Below, piece by piece: positions 38,184 through 49,757 of a stretch of 64,000 bases of DNA. This DNA is from an uncultured Planctomycetaceae bacterium (lineage in GTDB: Bacteria > Planctomycetota > Planctomycetia > Planctomycetales > Planctomycetaceae), in the NCBI GenBank assembly GCA_963813715.1, contig CAWFAK010000008.1, positions 320,001 through 384,000 on the forward strand, in the 5' to 3' direction. The translations under genes were made by a program, and so were the position numbers. The first letter of the stretch is position 1. Each line of letters begins with the position of its first letter. The notes below the pieces were generated by a model. It searched no databases, had not been told where the DNA came from, and saw only the letters and a program-made list of their open reading frames with translations.

Positions 38184-40166
38184 TTAATCGATTCGATTCG
38201 CCGATCGATTCGATTTGGCGGGAGTCAGCTGATCCTCGACCAGTCCATGGACGTGCCGCAAATAGGCGTTCGAGATGTCCGAGCGCTGCACCAGACCGAG
38301 CACTTTGCGGTCGGTCGTGCCGTCGATGACGGGCAGGGCGGTGAGGTCGTTTTCGACAAACAGCTCGAGGGCCCGATCGACCCGGTCTTCCAGGTGCAGC
38401 GCGTCGACGTCGGTCCGCATCAAGTCGGCCGCCAGGATCATCGAGCGGGAGTGGGGCGACTGCGCGGCCAGATGCGCCTCCTCCAGGCTCAACACGCCCA
38501 ACAGGCGTCCCTCGGCGTCGGTCACCGGCAGCGCGTTGCACGACGTGCTCGTCATAACTCCAAGCACGTGCTCCAGCCGGTCCTCGGGGCGGACCACTGG
38601 CACCTTGTGCGGAGAGACAAACTGGCTGACTTGCAGGCCCGTCAGCACTTCGCGGACGTAGTCCCCCTGGTGAGCCGGCGAACGCGAGCGGCTTTCCACC
38701 TGCGAGCTATAGATCGATTGTTCGTCGGAGAGCAAGAATGCGATGGCGCAAACCCAGAGCGTTGGCAGCAGCAAATCGTAGTTGCCGGTCATTTCGCTCA
38801 CGATCACCATCGTCGAGAAGGGCGTCTTGGCGGCCGCGGCGAAGAACCCTGCCATTCCCACGATCACGAACGAGCCCGGATGCGGCGCGAGCCACGGGCG
38901 AATCCAGTGGAGTAAGATCCCGAGCGCACCTCCTCCGCAGCCGCCGATGACCATCGACGGGCCGAAGACGCCCCCGGAACCGCCGCTGCCGATCGTCAAG
39001 CCCGTCGTGAGGATTTTGCCCAATGCAATCAGCGCCAGCACCAGTGCGAGCCCCAGGCTCGCCTGGTGTTCGGCCGGAAGGGTCATCGCCTCCTGTAAGC
39101 TGCCGTAACCAAATGAAAGCACGGCCAGCACTCTTTGATCGCGGCCGACCAGGTAATACAGCGCGAGCCCCAGTAGGCCGCTCGCAAACGCGCCGACGGC
39201 TGGCTTGAAGTGACGTGGGATTTTCCAGCTGTGAAAGAGGTGCGTCAGCCCGTAAAAGGTCCGCGTGTAAAGCATGGCCAAAACGACCATCAACAGCGCC
39301 AGGATCAAATACGAAAGCAACCGCAACGGCGAATTGAAGGTCAGCATGTGCCTGACGTCGTCGGGAATCGAAAACAGCGGCACCCAGCCGAACTTGCATC
39401 CCGAACGTGCAATACGCGGCCACGCTCGCCAGCCCGGCCGGGATGATGACCTCCGACTCGAAGTCGGGCGAGCGATAGAGGACCTCGGCGGCGAAGAGCG
39501 CGCCGGCCAACGGCGCGCGGAAGATGGCGGCCACACCGGCGCCCATGCCGGCGGCCATCAGCGTGCGACGCTCGACCGGACGCAGACGCAGGATTGTTCC
39601 CAGATACGACCCGAAGCCGGCGCCGATTTGGGCGATCGGTCCTTCGCGTCCGCCCGAGCCGCCGGTGCCCAAGGTGAGAGCGCTCGCGACAATCTTGACG
39701 AGCGGCACCCGCGGGCGAATCAGACCCTGGTGGTAGTGATAGGCCGCGATGGCCGCATCGGTCCCGTGTCCTTCCGCTTCCGGAGCGATCGAGAAGACCA
39801 AGCAGTACCGCTCAACAGGCCGCCCAACGTCGGCATGAGCAAGAGCATCCACGGCCGAAACGGAGTGGTCGACTCGGGAAACAGCGACGGCTCGCCGCCG
39901 GGCGGAGTCGGCCGATAGCCGGCCCAGTCTTCGAGTGCGTAGTGAAACACGTACTGGCAGGCGAGATAAAAGACGATCGCCCCGAGCCCGGCGATGATTC
40001 CCACCAGCACCGAGAGCAACATCACTCGGCCCTGCGGCCGAAACCGCTTGCGAGCGAGGCTCCAGAATTCGGGCAACCACTTGAGCGGGTGCGAAGGGAC
40101 GGGAATGTGTGACGAACGGGCGCTGGCCGTGGTCGGCGGAATGCCGGACGCGTCATGTCCGTCCAT
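38184..40166 (-). CDS. ClC chloride channel/transporter with CBS pair (frameshifts ~39810 and ~39400)
   Basis: GHGTD, GSGGREGP, FRAPLAG, GGVFGP, SEMTG and two C-terminal CBS domains. Confidence 0.92.
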
Positions 40167-40286
40167 CGACAGATTGCCTCACCGGGAGGGAGCACAGGTT
40201 CACGGCGCGGACGTCGCGCAGTTCGCGAACACCGAGCGGGACCGGTCGTCGCGTGGGCCGACGTTGCCGCAGGCCAAAGACGGTTT

Positions 40287-40709
40287 TTATCTCGCGACGG
40301 CGTAGATGACCAGGACCGCGGCGGTCCAAAATATCGCGAAGACCAAGGCGGCCAGGCCAATCATGGACAGCACCATCGCCCAGCCCTTCGTCCAGTAATA
40401 AAACGGGTCGAGTCCGGGCGGCCGTGGAAAGACGTACCCCAACCCGGAAAAGAAGACGAGCGCCCCCAGTCCGATGGGGAAGAAGGCCTGGTGCCACTCG
40501 GGGATTTTGAGCCTGTCGAACGCGTAAGCCAGGCCGAGAAACCAGGGGACCAAGTAGAGCGAACCGAAGTGAACCGCCCGGATGTCGCGAAAATGCGGCT
40601 TGAGCGACGGGGCCACCTTGAGATCGAGCAAAGTCCACAGAATGCCGGTCGCGACCATCGAGACCATGTGCAGAGCGGCAAGCACGAAATAGAGTTCCCG
40701 CATCGTCAT
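40287..40709 (-). CDS. Small 4-TM hypothetical membrane protein
   Basis: Four hydrophobic segments and coding-like codon usage. It lies upstream of the ClC gene on the same strand. Confidence 0.75.
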   Translation of the reverse strand: MTMRELYFVLAALHMVSMVATGILWTLLDLKVAPSLKPHFRDIRAVHFGSLYLVPWFLGLAYAFDRLKIPEWHQAFFPIGLGALVFFSGLGYVFPRPPGLDPFYYWTKGWAMVLSMIGLAALVFAIFWTAAVLVIYAVAR

Positions 40710-41051
40710 CGCTGAACGTCCTGCGGGTTCTGTAACCCGCGAATCCAAGAAAATGAGTGAAAACTCCGTCATCGGCGGGCGTCATCCGGAGCCGGCCGAA
40801 AAAGTTCGCTTCAGCCTACTCGTGCGTTCCCGTCGCGCCCACACTGACGATAAACTTGCCTGGGTATTTTGAGGCCGACGGCTGCCCCCGTGATTTGGCG
40901 CTCCGGATTTGCCGATCCGGAATTGGCGGCAGTTGACTTCCGTCGTACGATATCGTGAGGTCGTGCCGCGGCCGTAGCGATAGAAATCCACGATCAAGCC
41001 CCACCCAAACAGCCTCTCCGGTCGCGCCCTGGCGGAGCGAGGAAGAAAACA

Positions 41052-43079
41052 ATGCGTGCTGGCGTCGTCTCCGCTTTCGGGTTCATCGGCCTGTTACTAA
41101 CTTCCGGCTCGCTGTCGGCGTCCCCTCCGTCAAAATCTCCGGCGGCGCAGAATCCGCAAACTCGGCCGACGATCGCCAATTTCACGCTGGCCGATATTTA
41201 TGCCGAAAAATGGTCGCTCGAGGCCCAGAAGGATAAAGACGTTGTGGTTGTGGCCTTCGTGGGCACCGAGTGCCCGCTGGCTAAGCTATACGGTCCCCGC
41301 TTGGCCCAGTTGGCGTCGGGCTACGCGGGCAAGAGCGTGGCCTTTGTCGCCATCGATTCCAACGTGCAAGACTCGCTGGCCGAGTTGACGGCTTACGCCC
41401 GCGCGGCGCACCTCGAGTTTCCCGTGCTGCGGGACGTGAAGAACGAAGTGGCCCGCCAGTTTGGCGCGACGCGCAACCCACAGGTTTTTGTCCTCGATCG
41501 AAATCGGGCCGTCCGTTATCACGGCCGCATCGACGATCAGTACGGCGTCGGTTTTGCACGGAAGGAAGCCAAGCGGCAGGACCTCAAGCGGGCGATCGAC
41601 GAGTTGCTGTCCGGTCACGATGTCACGGTGACCGAAACGACGGTCGTCGGCTGCTTGATCGGCCGCGCGCACGAGCCGCAGGCCCATGCCTCCGTCACCT
41701 ACTCGAACCAAATGGCCCGCCTGTTCAACAAGCGGTGCGTCGAGTGCCATCACGCCGGCGATATCGCTCCCTTCTCGCTGACGAGTTACGACGACGCCTC
41801 GGGCTGGGCCGAGATGATTGCCGAGGTGGTTGACCAGGGGCGGATGCCTCCCTGGCACGCCGATCCAAAGTACGGCAAATTTGCCGACGATCGCCGGTTG
41901 ACCGACGAAGAGCGGCGCGAGATTCACGAATGGGTCGACGCCGGGGCTCCCCAGGGTGATCCGAAAGAGACGCCACCGACACCGACTTTCCCCTCGACGG
42001 GCTGGCACCACGACCGAGCGCCCGATCTGGTCCTGGCCATGAGCCCAGAACCGTATCACGTAAAGGCCGACGGCGTATTGCGCTATCAGCATTTCCGCGT
42101 CGAAACGGGTTTCACTGCGGACAAATGGATCGAGATGGCCGAGGTGATGCCGGGCAACCGGGCCGTCGTGCACCATGTGCTCGTGCACTGCCGCTCGAAT
42201 CGCGGCGGGTTTGGCGACGGGGTCGCGGGTCAGGGATTTTTGGCGGCCTACGTTCCCGGGCTGCGGCCGATTCCGTATGCGAAGGGCATGGCCAAGTGTA
42301 TGCCGGCCGGCTCGTCCCTCACGTTCCAGATCCACTACACGCCCAACGGGACGGCTCAGGACGACGTCACGCGGATCGGGCTATGGTTCGCCGATCCGAA
42401 AAGCGTCACCCGCGAAGTGAAAACGGTCGCCGCGACCAATCTGATGTTTTCTATTCCACCCGGGGCCGACAATTACCGGGTCGACGCGACGTCGAACCGC
42501 TTGCCCGAGGGATCGCAGGTGCTGACCTTCATGCCGCACATGCACCTCCGCGGCAAATCGTTCTTCTACGAGGCCGTCTTCCCTAACGGCAAGCGGGAGA
42601 CGCTGCTTGATGTGCCGAAGTACGACTTCAACTGGCAGACGGCCTACCGCGAGGTGAAGCCTCTGTCATTCCCTGCCGGCACGCGCATCCACGCCATCGC
42701 CCACTTCGACAACTCGGAGGAAAACCTCAACAACCCGAACCCGAAAAAGCCCGTCTTTTGGGGCGACCAGACTTATGAAGAGATGATGATTGGCTACTTC
42801 GATCTGTCGGTTCCCAAAGGAACGCAGATGGAGAACGGACGCGGCTCTCGCCGGCGCGAAGGTCGCGGGCTGGGGGCGGGCGGAGGTCTGAACCGGGAGG
42901 GACTCGCCGGAATGCTCAAGGGGCTCGACGCCAACCACGACGGGAAAATCTCCCGCGACGAAGTCCCGCCGCGATTTCAGGACATGTTCGACCGCATCAG
43001 CGGCGGCAAGGACAGCATTTCGGTCGAAGACGCGGAGAAGCTCTTGACGCGTTTGCGCCGCGGCGCGGATCGCTCCTGA
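41052..43079 (+). CDS. Exported redoxin-cytochrome c-copper monooxygenase-like-EF-hand fusion protein
   Basis: Signal peptide, AhpC/TSA domain (TECPLA...YHGRIDDQ), CVECH heme motif, VVHH, IHY, PHMH, EEM and EF-hand DANHDGKISRDE. Confidence 0.85.
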   Translation: MRAGVVSAFGFIGLLLTSGSLSASPPSKSPAAQNPQTRPTIANFTLADIYAEKWSLEAQKDKDVVVVAFVGTECPLAKLYGPRLAQLASGYAGKSVAFVAIDSNVQDSLAELTAYARAAHLEFPVLRDVKNEVARQFGATRNPQVFVLDRNRAVRYHGRIDDQYGVGFARKEAKRQDLKRAIDELLSGHDVTVTETTVVGCLIGRAHEPQAHASVTYSNQMARLFNKRCVECHHAGDIAPFSLTSYDDASGWAEMIAEVVDQGRMPPWHADPKYGKFADDRRLTDEERREIHEWVDAGAPQGDPKETPPTPTFPSTGWHHDRAPDLVLAMSPEPYHVKADGVLRYQHFRVETGFTADKWIEMAEVMPGNRAVVHHVLVHCRSNRGGFGDGVAGQGFLAAYVPGLRPIPYAKGMAKCMPAGSSLTFQIHYTPNGTAQDDVTRIGLWFADPKSVTREVKTVAATNLMFSIPPGADNYRVDATSNRLPEGSQVLTFMPHMHLRGKSFFYEAVFPNGKRETLLDVPKYDFNWQTAYREVKPLSFPAGTRIHAIAHFDNSEENLNNPNPKKPVFWGDQTYEEMMIGYFDLSVPKGTQMENGRGSRRREGRGLGAGGGLNREGLAGMLKGLDANHDGKISRDEVPPRFQDMFDRISGGKDSISVEDAEKLLTRLRRGADRS

Positions 43080-43120
43080 AGCGGAGTCTGAGGTCGGCGA
43101 AAGTGCGCAACGCGGCCCGC

Positions 43121-43149
43121 TTGTCGAGCGGCGAACCGCTGGCTAGAAT
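43121..43149 (+). promoter_or_regulatory. Sigma70-type promoter for the nuo operon
   Basis: TTGTCG-N17-TAGAAT, the same layout as the motif at 20317. Confidence 0.5.
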
Positions 43150-43329
43150 CGCGGCGGCAGCCGGCTCGCTGGTTGACGCGAAGGCGTTCTCGCGGCCGGT
43201 CTTGTTGTAACGCCGCTTGCGTTTGACGGCGTGCGCCGCAGTTTGCGTGTGCTGAGCGTCGGACTGGCCGGGGCTCCGTTTGCCGGTTCTGCTGGAAGAA
43301 CGTGCTGAACTAGAAGAACCAAGAAATCC

Positions 43330-43719
43330 GTGGGCGACCATCTCCACTCCTTCGAACCGATTCTGCTGTTTGCGGCCGTGTTGGTCGCGTTTTGCATCGT
43401 CAACCTGATCCTAGCCCACACGATCGGTCCGAAGCGGAAGACGGCCGTGAAGGACATGCCCTACGAATCGGGCATGGATCCGATCGCCGACGCCCGGCAG
43501 CCGTTTGACGTCAAATTCTCGCTGATTGCGATCCTGTTCCTGCTCTTCGACGTCGAATTGTTGTTCCTCTTTCCCTGGGCAGTGAGCGCGTACGAAGCCA
43601 ACGGCGGCGTGCCTGTCGAAATGCGGCGCGACGTCTTTTGGGTGATGGTGGCCTTCGTGCTGACGCTGCTGATCCCTTACGTCTATGCCTGGCGGAAAGG
43701 GGTCTTTCAGTGGCGATAA
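43330..43719 (+). CDS. nuoA: NADH-quinone oxidoreductase subunit A
   Basis: PYESG, FLLFDVE and YAWRKG. Confidence 0.95.
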   Translation: MGDHLHSFEPILLFAAVLVAFCIVNLILAHTIGPKRKTAVKDMPYESGMDPIADARQPFDVKFSLIAILFLLFDVELLFLFPWAVSAYEANGGVPVEMRRDVFWVMVAFVLTLLIPYVYAWRKGVFQWR

Positions 43720-44318
43720 CCTCCGACAATGTCTTCATGACGCAACTGGACGCGGCCGCAAACTGGGCCCGCTCCAATAGCCTCTGGCCGATGCCGTTTG
43801 CCACGGCCTGCTGCGGCATCGAACTGATGGCGACCGCTTCGTCCCGGTACGACATCGCCCGTTTCGGCGCGGAAGTGATGCGGTTCAGCCCGCGGCAGTG
43901 CGACTTGTTGATCGTCGCCGGCCGCGTGGTGATGAAGATGCTCCCCGTACTGCAGCGGATCTGGCTGCAGATGCCCGAGCCCAAATGGTGCATTTCGATG
44001 GGGGCCTGTGCCTGCACGGGGGGCGTGTTCGACACATACGCCGTGGTGCTGGGCGTCGACCGCTTCATCCCGGTCGATATCTACGTTCCCGGCTGTCCGC
44101 CGCGACCCGAGCAGCTGTTGAACTCGATCATCGAGCTGCAAAACGCGATCAAGAAGCACGGCACGCTAAACGGGACGGAATTCGCGGACCGCCGCACGGC
44201 CGAGGGGCCCGCCCCCCTGTCGCTCGAGGAACTGCGCCGCAGCCGCGACTTCCTGCTGGCAAAAGCGGGGGATGAAGCGCTGGCTCAGCAACAACGGACG
44301 GCCCCACCCACTCAATGA
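43710..44318 (+). CDS. nuoB: NADH-quinone oxidoreductase subunit B
   Basis: TACCGIE, SPRQCD, MGAC and PGCPPRPE. Confidence 0.96.
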   Translation: MAITSDNVFMTQLDAAANWARSNSLWPMPFATACCGIELMATASSRYDIARFGAEVMRFSPRQCDLLIVAGRVVMKMLPVLQRIWLQMPEPKWCISMGACACTGGVFDTYAVVLGVDRFIPVDIYVPGCPPRPEQLLNSIIELQNAIKKHGTLNGTEFADRRTAEGPAPLSLEELRRSRDFLLAKAGDEALAQQQRTAPPTQ

Positions 44319-44818
44319 CCTCCATGAGCACCATCGAGCGGCTGAAACAGCGATTTAGCGGCGAAGGCTTCGCCAGCAGCCAATTTCGCGACAACACGCG
44401 TTTCGACATCCCCCCGGCCGACGTCACCGGCGTGCTGACTTTTCTCAAGAACGACTGTGGATTCGACCTGTTGGTCGATATCACCGCGGTCGACCTGCTT
44501 GAATATCCCGACGCTCGCAACCGCTTCCGCGTGTTCTACGCCCTGGCGAACACGGCGACGGCCGAGCGGATTTACATACGCACCCACCTCGACGAGCCGG
44601 AGCTGACGCTGCCCTCCGCGTACCCCTTGTGGCGCGGGGCGGACTGGATGGAGCGCGAGGTCTTCGACATGTTCGGCATTCGGTTCGCCGGTCACCCCAA
44701 CCTGAAACGGATCCTGATGCCCGAAGAATTTACGGCCTTTCCACTTCGTAAGGACTATCCCTTGCGTGGCCGCGGCGAGCGCCATAACTTTCCGGTCATC
44801 ACCCGTGCCGAAAGTTGA
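44315..44818 (+). CDS. nuoC: NADH-quinone oxidoreductase subunit C
   Basis: [16 protein letters not shown] and PLRKDYP. Confidence 0.96.
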   Translation: MTSMSTIERLKQRFSGEGFASSQFRDNTRFDIPPADVTGVLTFLKNDCGFDLLVDITAVDLLEYPDARNRFRVFYALANTATAERIYIRTHLDEPELTLPSAYPLWRGADWMEREVFDMFGIRFAGHPNLKRILMPEEFTAFPLRKDYPLRGRGERHNFPVITRAES

Positions 44819-44892
44819 GCCGACGGCGAGCGGCCGGCCCCGCCGGTCCGTGCTTTGCGATTCTTTGAGGCCCGCGGCAGTCGATCACCACT

Positions 44893-46113
44893 ATGTCCCT
44901 GCAACTTTCCGAGCTCAGCGACGCCGACTCAGACGACCAGGAGTATCTGTGGACCCTGAATTTCGGTCCGCAGCATCCGGCCACCCACACCACGCTGCGC
45001 CTGGTCCTCAAGCTCGACGGTGAAACGATCGTCGGCGCCGTGCCCGATATCGGCTACCTGCACAGCGGCTTCGAGAAACTGGGCGAAGACCTCGACTTCA
45101 ATCAGTACGTGACCATCGTCGACCGGATGAACTACATCTCGCCGGTCGCCAACGAGCTCTCTTGGATCCAAACGGTCGAAAAGCTGGTCGGCGTCACGAT
45201 CACGCCCCGCTGTAAATACGTCCGCACGATCTTTGCCGAGCTGATGCGGATCCACGATCACCTGCTCTGCGTCGGTGCTGCCGCGCTCGACCTGGGCGCC
45301 TTCACGCCGTTCTTGTACGCCTTCAAGCAGCGAGAAAAGATCTACGACATCTGCGAGTTCGCCTCGGGACAGCGATTCCACTCGAGCTACATGCGCGTGG
45401 GCGGCGTAATGTACGACGTGGATGACAAGTGGGTGAACCTCGTCCGCGATTTCGCCGCCCATTTCCCCGCGGCAGTGGCCGAAATCACCCGCCTGCTCAC
45501 CCGCAACCGCATCTTCATGTCACGGTTGCGCGGCGTCGGCGTGCTGACGCGCGAGGACGCGATCAATTTCAGCTGCTCGGGCCCCGTCGCCCGCGCCAGC
45601 GGCGTCGTCCGCGACCTTCGCAAAGACGAGCCCTATCTCGCCTATCCCGATTTCGACTTCAAGGTTGTCTGCTCCGACGGTTGCGACTGCTACTCGCGCT
45701 ATATGGTGCGGATGCAGGAAATGTTGGAATCGCAAAAGATCATCGAGCAGGCGATCGAGAACCTGCCCGGCGGAGCGATCAACGTCGATGCGGAGGGCCG
45801 GGCCATCATGCCCGGCAAGCAAGAGGTCTATCAGAGCATCGAAGGGCTGATTCGCCACTTCGAGACGATCATTCCCAACCGCGGCTTTTTGGCCCCGGTC
45901 GAAGAAATCTACTCGGCGCAGGAAACGGCCAACGGCGAGCTGGGCTACTACATCGTCGGCAACGGTACGATCAAAGCTTATCGGGCGCGGACGCGGCCCC
46001 CGTCGTACATCCATTTCGCGGTCTTCCCGCACCTGATCAAGGGACACACGCTGAGCGACGTGGTGGCCGTGCTGGGGAGCCTCAACATCATCGCGGCGGA
46101 GTTGGACCGATGA
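44893..46113 (+). CDS. nuoD: NADH-quinone oxidoreductase subunit D
   Basis: NFGPQHPATH, GYLHSGFEK, DRMNY and C-terminal ELDR. Confidence 0.97.
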   Translation: MSLQLSELSDADSDDQEYLWTLNFGPQHPATHTTLRLVLKLDGETIVGAVPDIGYLHSGFEKLGEDLDFNQYVTIVDRMNYISPVANELSWIQTVEKLVGVTITPRCKYVRTIFAELMRIHDHLLCVGAAALDLGAFTPFLYAFKQREKIYDICEFASGQRFHSSYMRVGGVMYDVDDKWVNLVRDFAAHFPAAVAEITRLLTRNRIFMSRLRGVGVLTREDAINFSCSGPVARASGVVRDLRKDEPYLAYPDFDFKVVCSDGCDCYSRYMVRMQEMLESQKIIEQAIENLPGGAINVDAEGRAIMPGKQEVYQSIEGLIRHFETIIPNRGFLAPVEEIYSAQETANGELGYYIVGNGTIKAYRARTRPPSYIHFAVFPHLIKGHTLSDVVAVLGSLNIIAAELDR

Positions 46114-46586
46114 GCGCCTTATCCGAGGAGATCAAACAGCGGATTCGGGCCGAGTTCGTCAAATACGCGAACAAGCGGGCCGTTACGCTGCCGGCGCTTC
46201 ACATCGTGCAGGACGAGCATCGCTGCGTATCGTCGGATGCCATCCGCGAGGTCGCCACGCTTCTCGAACTGCCGCCGGCCGAGGTCTACGACACGCTGAG
46301 CTTTTACGGCTTTTTCCGCGACGAATCGGCCCCGTTGGGCAAGCATCGCGTCTGGATCTGCCGCAGCTTGTCGTGCGCCCTCCGCGGCGGCGAGGAATTA
46401 CTCGACGAACTGAGCGCGAAGCTCGGCGCCGAGCCTGGCGAAACGACCACCGACGGCAAGATCACGCTCGAATTCGCCGAGTGCCTGGGGGCCTGCGAGG
46501 GGGCTCCCTGTCTCTTGGTCGATGACGAGTGCCACATGAACATGACGACCGCCTCGGCCAGCGATTTGATTCAAAACCTGAAGTGA
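46110..46586 (+). CDS. nuoE: NADH-quinone oxidoreductase subunit E
   Basis: CRSLSC and ECLGAC 2Fe-2S motifs. ATG overlaps the nuoD stop. Confidence 0.95.
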   Translation: MSALSEEIKQRIRAEFVKYANKRAVTLPALHIVQDEHRCVSSDAIREVATLLELPPAEVYDTLSFYGFFRDESAPLGKHRVWICRSLSCALRGGEELLDELSAKLGAEPGETTTDGKITLEFAECLGACEGAPCLLVDDECHMNMTTASASDLIQNLK

Positions 46587-46629
46587 ACGACTGGTTCGCG
46601 AGGCTCGCCAGCGTCAGATAGGCAACCAC

Positions 46630-47947
46630 GTGGCGACGTTTGAACCCGTACTGATGCGACGAGTCGGCAAGGAGAGCGGCCAGTCGCTCGCCGGCTACCG
46701 CGCCGACGGCGGCTACCAGGCGGTCAAAAAGGCGCTCGGCCTCGCCCCCGACGAAGTCACCAAAATCGTCAAAGACTCGGGCCTTCGCGGCCGCGGCGGC
46801 GCCGGCTTTCCCACGGGCGTCAAATGGACCTTTTTGCCCAAGGACCATCCGGGCCCGATTTATCTGTGCATAAATGCCGACGAGAGCGAGCCGGGGACGT
46901 TCAACAACCGCATCCTGATGGAGCACGACCCGCATCAGATCCTCGAGGGGATCATCATTGCGGCCCACGCCATCAAGTGCCACACGGCCTACCTCTATTT
47001 GCGCTACGAGTTCGGCCGCTCGTACCGCACGCTCGATCGGGCGATCCGCGAGTGCTACGCGAACAATCTGCTCGGCAAGAACATCCTGGGGACCGAATTC
47101 TCGCTCGACGTCTACCTGCATCGCGGAGCGGGAGCGTATATCTGCGGCGAAGAGACGGGGCTCTTGGAAAGTCTCGAAGGGAAGCGGGCCTGGCCGCGAA
47201 TCAAGCCGCCGTTTCCCGCCGTCGAAGGGCTCTTCCGCAAGCCGACGATCGTCAACAACATCGAAACGCTGGCCTGCGTGCCGCACATCATCGAGCGGGG
47301 CATCGACTGGTTCCGTTCGATCGGCGTGCCTCCCGATCCGAACAACCCGCGCGACGCCGGCAGCCTAGGCCCCAAGCTCTACTGCATCAGCGGGCACGTC
47401 AATCAGCCCGGCTGCGTGGAACTGCCGCTGGGAATCACGGCGCGCAGCGCTGGTCGATGAATACGGCGGTGGCGTGTGGAAGGGCCGCAAGGTGAAGGCC
47501 TGCGTGCCGGGCGGTATCAGCATGGGCTTCTTGAGCGCGGCGGAGATGGATACGCCGCTCGACTTCAACGGGCCCGGCAAGGTCGGCTGTCTGGGGCTGG
47601 GAACGGCCGCGGTGATCGTGGTCGACGATCAGACCAGCATGGTCGACGTGCTTTTCAACTGCTGCCGGTTCATGGCTCACGAATCGTGTGGGCAATGCAC
47701 GCCCTGCCGCGAGGGGACCGACTGGTCCCGCAAGATCCTGCAGCGGATTCGGGAAGGGCACGGCACCCTGAAGGATTTGGATACGCTCACCGAAATCGCC
47801 CACTCGATGGGGACGATTCCCGGCACGACGATCTGCGGCCTGGCTGACGGCGCCGCCTGGCCGATCAAAAACGCGATCCAGAAATTCCGCGGCGACTTCG
47901 AGCAATACATCCAGAGCGGCCGCAAAGCGGTCGCGGTGACGGCGTGA
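46630..47947 (+). CDS. nuoF: NADH-quinone oxidoreductase subunit F (frameshift ~47445)
   Basis: GRGGAGFPTG, NADESEPG, YICGEET and ESCGQCTPCREG. Confidence 0.95.
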
Positions 47948-47954
47948 GGAACTG

Positions 47955-49757
47955 ATGGGGACCGTCCTCGTAAACGGCACTCCGGTCGAAATCGGCGCGA
48001 GCGAGCGGCTGAACGTGATTCAGGCCGCCGACCGGGTCGGTGTCGAGGTGCCGCGCTACTGCTGGCACCCGGCGCTGACGGTCGTCGCCAGCTGCCGCAT
48101 GTGCCTGGTCGAGACGGGCGAGAAGAAGCCGGACGGCACCATCGCCATGGGGCCCAAGCTCGTCCCCGGTTGCCAGACGCCGGTCAAAGACGGCATGGTC
48201 ATCGTCACCAACAGCGAGAAGGTGAAGGCCGCACAGGCGCAAACGCTCGAATACCTGCTGCTCAATCACCCGCTCGACTGCCCGGTCTGCGACCAGGCCG
48301 GCGAATGCTGGCTGCAGGACTACAGTTATCGCTACGGCCACGCCCATTCGCGGCTGCACGAGCCCAAGATCCACCGGCCGGACAAAGATTACATCGGTAA
48401 CGAGATCACGCTGTTTACCGACCGTTGCGTGATGTGCTCGCGGTGCGTGCGGTTCACACGCGAAATCGCGGGCACGGCCGAACTGCAAGTCATCAACCGG
48501 GGCAGCCACTCGGAAATCGACATCTTTCCGGGCAACCCGTGCAACAACAAGCTGGCGGGCAACGTCGTCGACATCTGCCCCGTCGGCGCGCTGTGCAGCA
48601 AAGATTTCCTCTACAAGCAGCGGGTCTGGTGGCTGCAGATGAAGGAGAGCGTCTGCCCCAACTGCAGCACGGGCTGCAGCATCACCGTCGATCAAAACAA
48701 CGACCACGTCTATCGGCTCCGGCCGCGATACAATCCGCAGGCCCAAGGCCACTTCATGTGCGACGAGGGTCGCTTCGGCTTCAAATACGTGCATCATCCG
48801 GATCGGCTGGGTGAGCCGCTGGCCCGTCCCAAAGCCGGGCCGAAGTCGAACGATTGGTCCGCCGTGCTCGCAGGCGTTCGCACGGCGCTCAACGAGGCGG
48901 TGCAAACAAACGCCGCGGGCGTCGTCGGCCTACTGTCGCCGTGGATGACCGTCGAAGAGGCCTTCCTGCTCGCGAAATACCTGAAGTCCCTGTCGCCCCA
49001 AGTCCGCTTGGCGCTCGGCCCCGTGCCGATTGAAGGGGAGGATGACCGCTATCCCAAGGGGTTCGACGGACGTCCGCTGGAAAAAACGCTTTTTACGATC
49101 CGCGCCGAAAAATGTCCCAACCGCGCGGGCGTGTCGGCCGTGCTGCAGCACTTCGAGGGGAAAGTCGTCACGTTCGACGAGATCAAGTCGGAACTGGCGG
49201 CCGGCCGCGTCGATGCGCTCTACGCCGTCGGTGGATATCGGCTCCCTTGGCTCACCGATGCAGACCGCACCTGGCTTGCCGCGCTCAAGCTGCTCATCGT
49301 GCAGGATATTCTGCCGTCGCCGGCCAGTGAGTTGGCCCACTATCTGTTGCCCGGCGGCTCCTTCGCTGAGAAGGACGGCACGTTCGTCAATCACGCCGGG
49401 CTGGCCCAGGAGATTCATCGCGCGGTCCGCGGTCCCGGCGAGTGCTGGACCGATGGCCGCATCCTCATGGAACTGAGCGGCCGACGCGGCCTGTTCCATG
49501 CACCGACTTTACGAACCGAAATCGGCACGGAGATTCCCGCGCTGGCCGGATTGCGGGCCGGACGTCTGGGCCCGCTGGGGCACGCGAGCGCCGACGGTGC
49601 GAGTGCCGGTCCGTCCGACGGATCGGTCCACGCGTTGCCGACGTGGGCTCCCGCGCCGACGGTTCCCCACGCTCCACCGGCATCGGGCCCGCCCGCGCCG
49701 CCTCCGCCGCATCTCTCCTCGCAAAAGCCGCCGGCGGCAGCCGGAGCCAAGCCATGA
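47955..49757 (+). CDS. nuoG: NADH-quinone oxidoreductase subunit G
   Basis: CRMCLV, NHPLDCPVCDQAGEC, CVMCSRC, CPVGAL and an N7-type CPNCSTGC...CDEGR motif. Confidence 0.95.
   Translation: MGTVLVNGTPVEIGASERLNVIQAADRVGVEVPRYCWHPALTVVASCRMCLVETGEKKPDGTIAMGPKLVPGCQTPVKDGMVIVTNSEKVKAAQAQTLEYLLLNHPLDCPVCDQAGECWLQDYSYRYGHAHSRLHEPKIHRPDKDYIGNEITLFTDRCVMCSRCVRFTREIAGTAELQVINRGSHSEIDIFPGNPCNNKLAGNVVDICPVGALCSKDFLYKQRVWWLQMKESVCPNCSTGCSITVDQNNDHVYRLRPRYNPQAQGHFMCDEGRFGFKYVHHPDRLGEPLARPKAGPKSNDWSAVLAGVRTALNEAVQTNAAGVVGLLSPWMTVEEAFLLAKYLKSLSPQVRLALGPVPIEGEDDRYPKGFDGRPLEKTLFTIRAEKCPNRAGVSAVLQHFEGKVVTFDEIKSELAAGRVDALYAVGGYRLPWLTDADRTWLAALKLLIVQDILPSPASELAHYLLPGGSFAEKDGTFVNHAGLAQEIHRAVRGPGECWTDGRILMELSGRRGLFHAPTLRTEIGTEIPALAGLRAGRLGPLGHASADGASAGPSDGSVHALPTWAPAPTVPHAPPASGPPAPPPPHLSSQKPPAAAGAKP

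Noticed and set aside
40710..41050. Fluoride riboswitch / CLC-F exporter
   Set aside because: Only a GATGACGCC fragment is present on the minus strand, with no matching 5' pseudoknot element. The channel has GREGP, not the CLC-F type GREGT.
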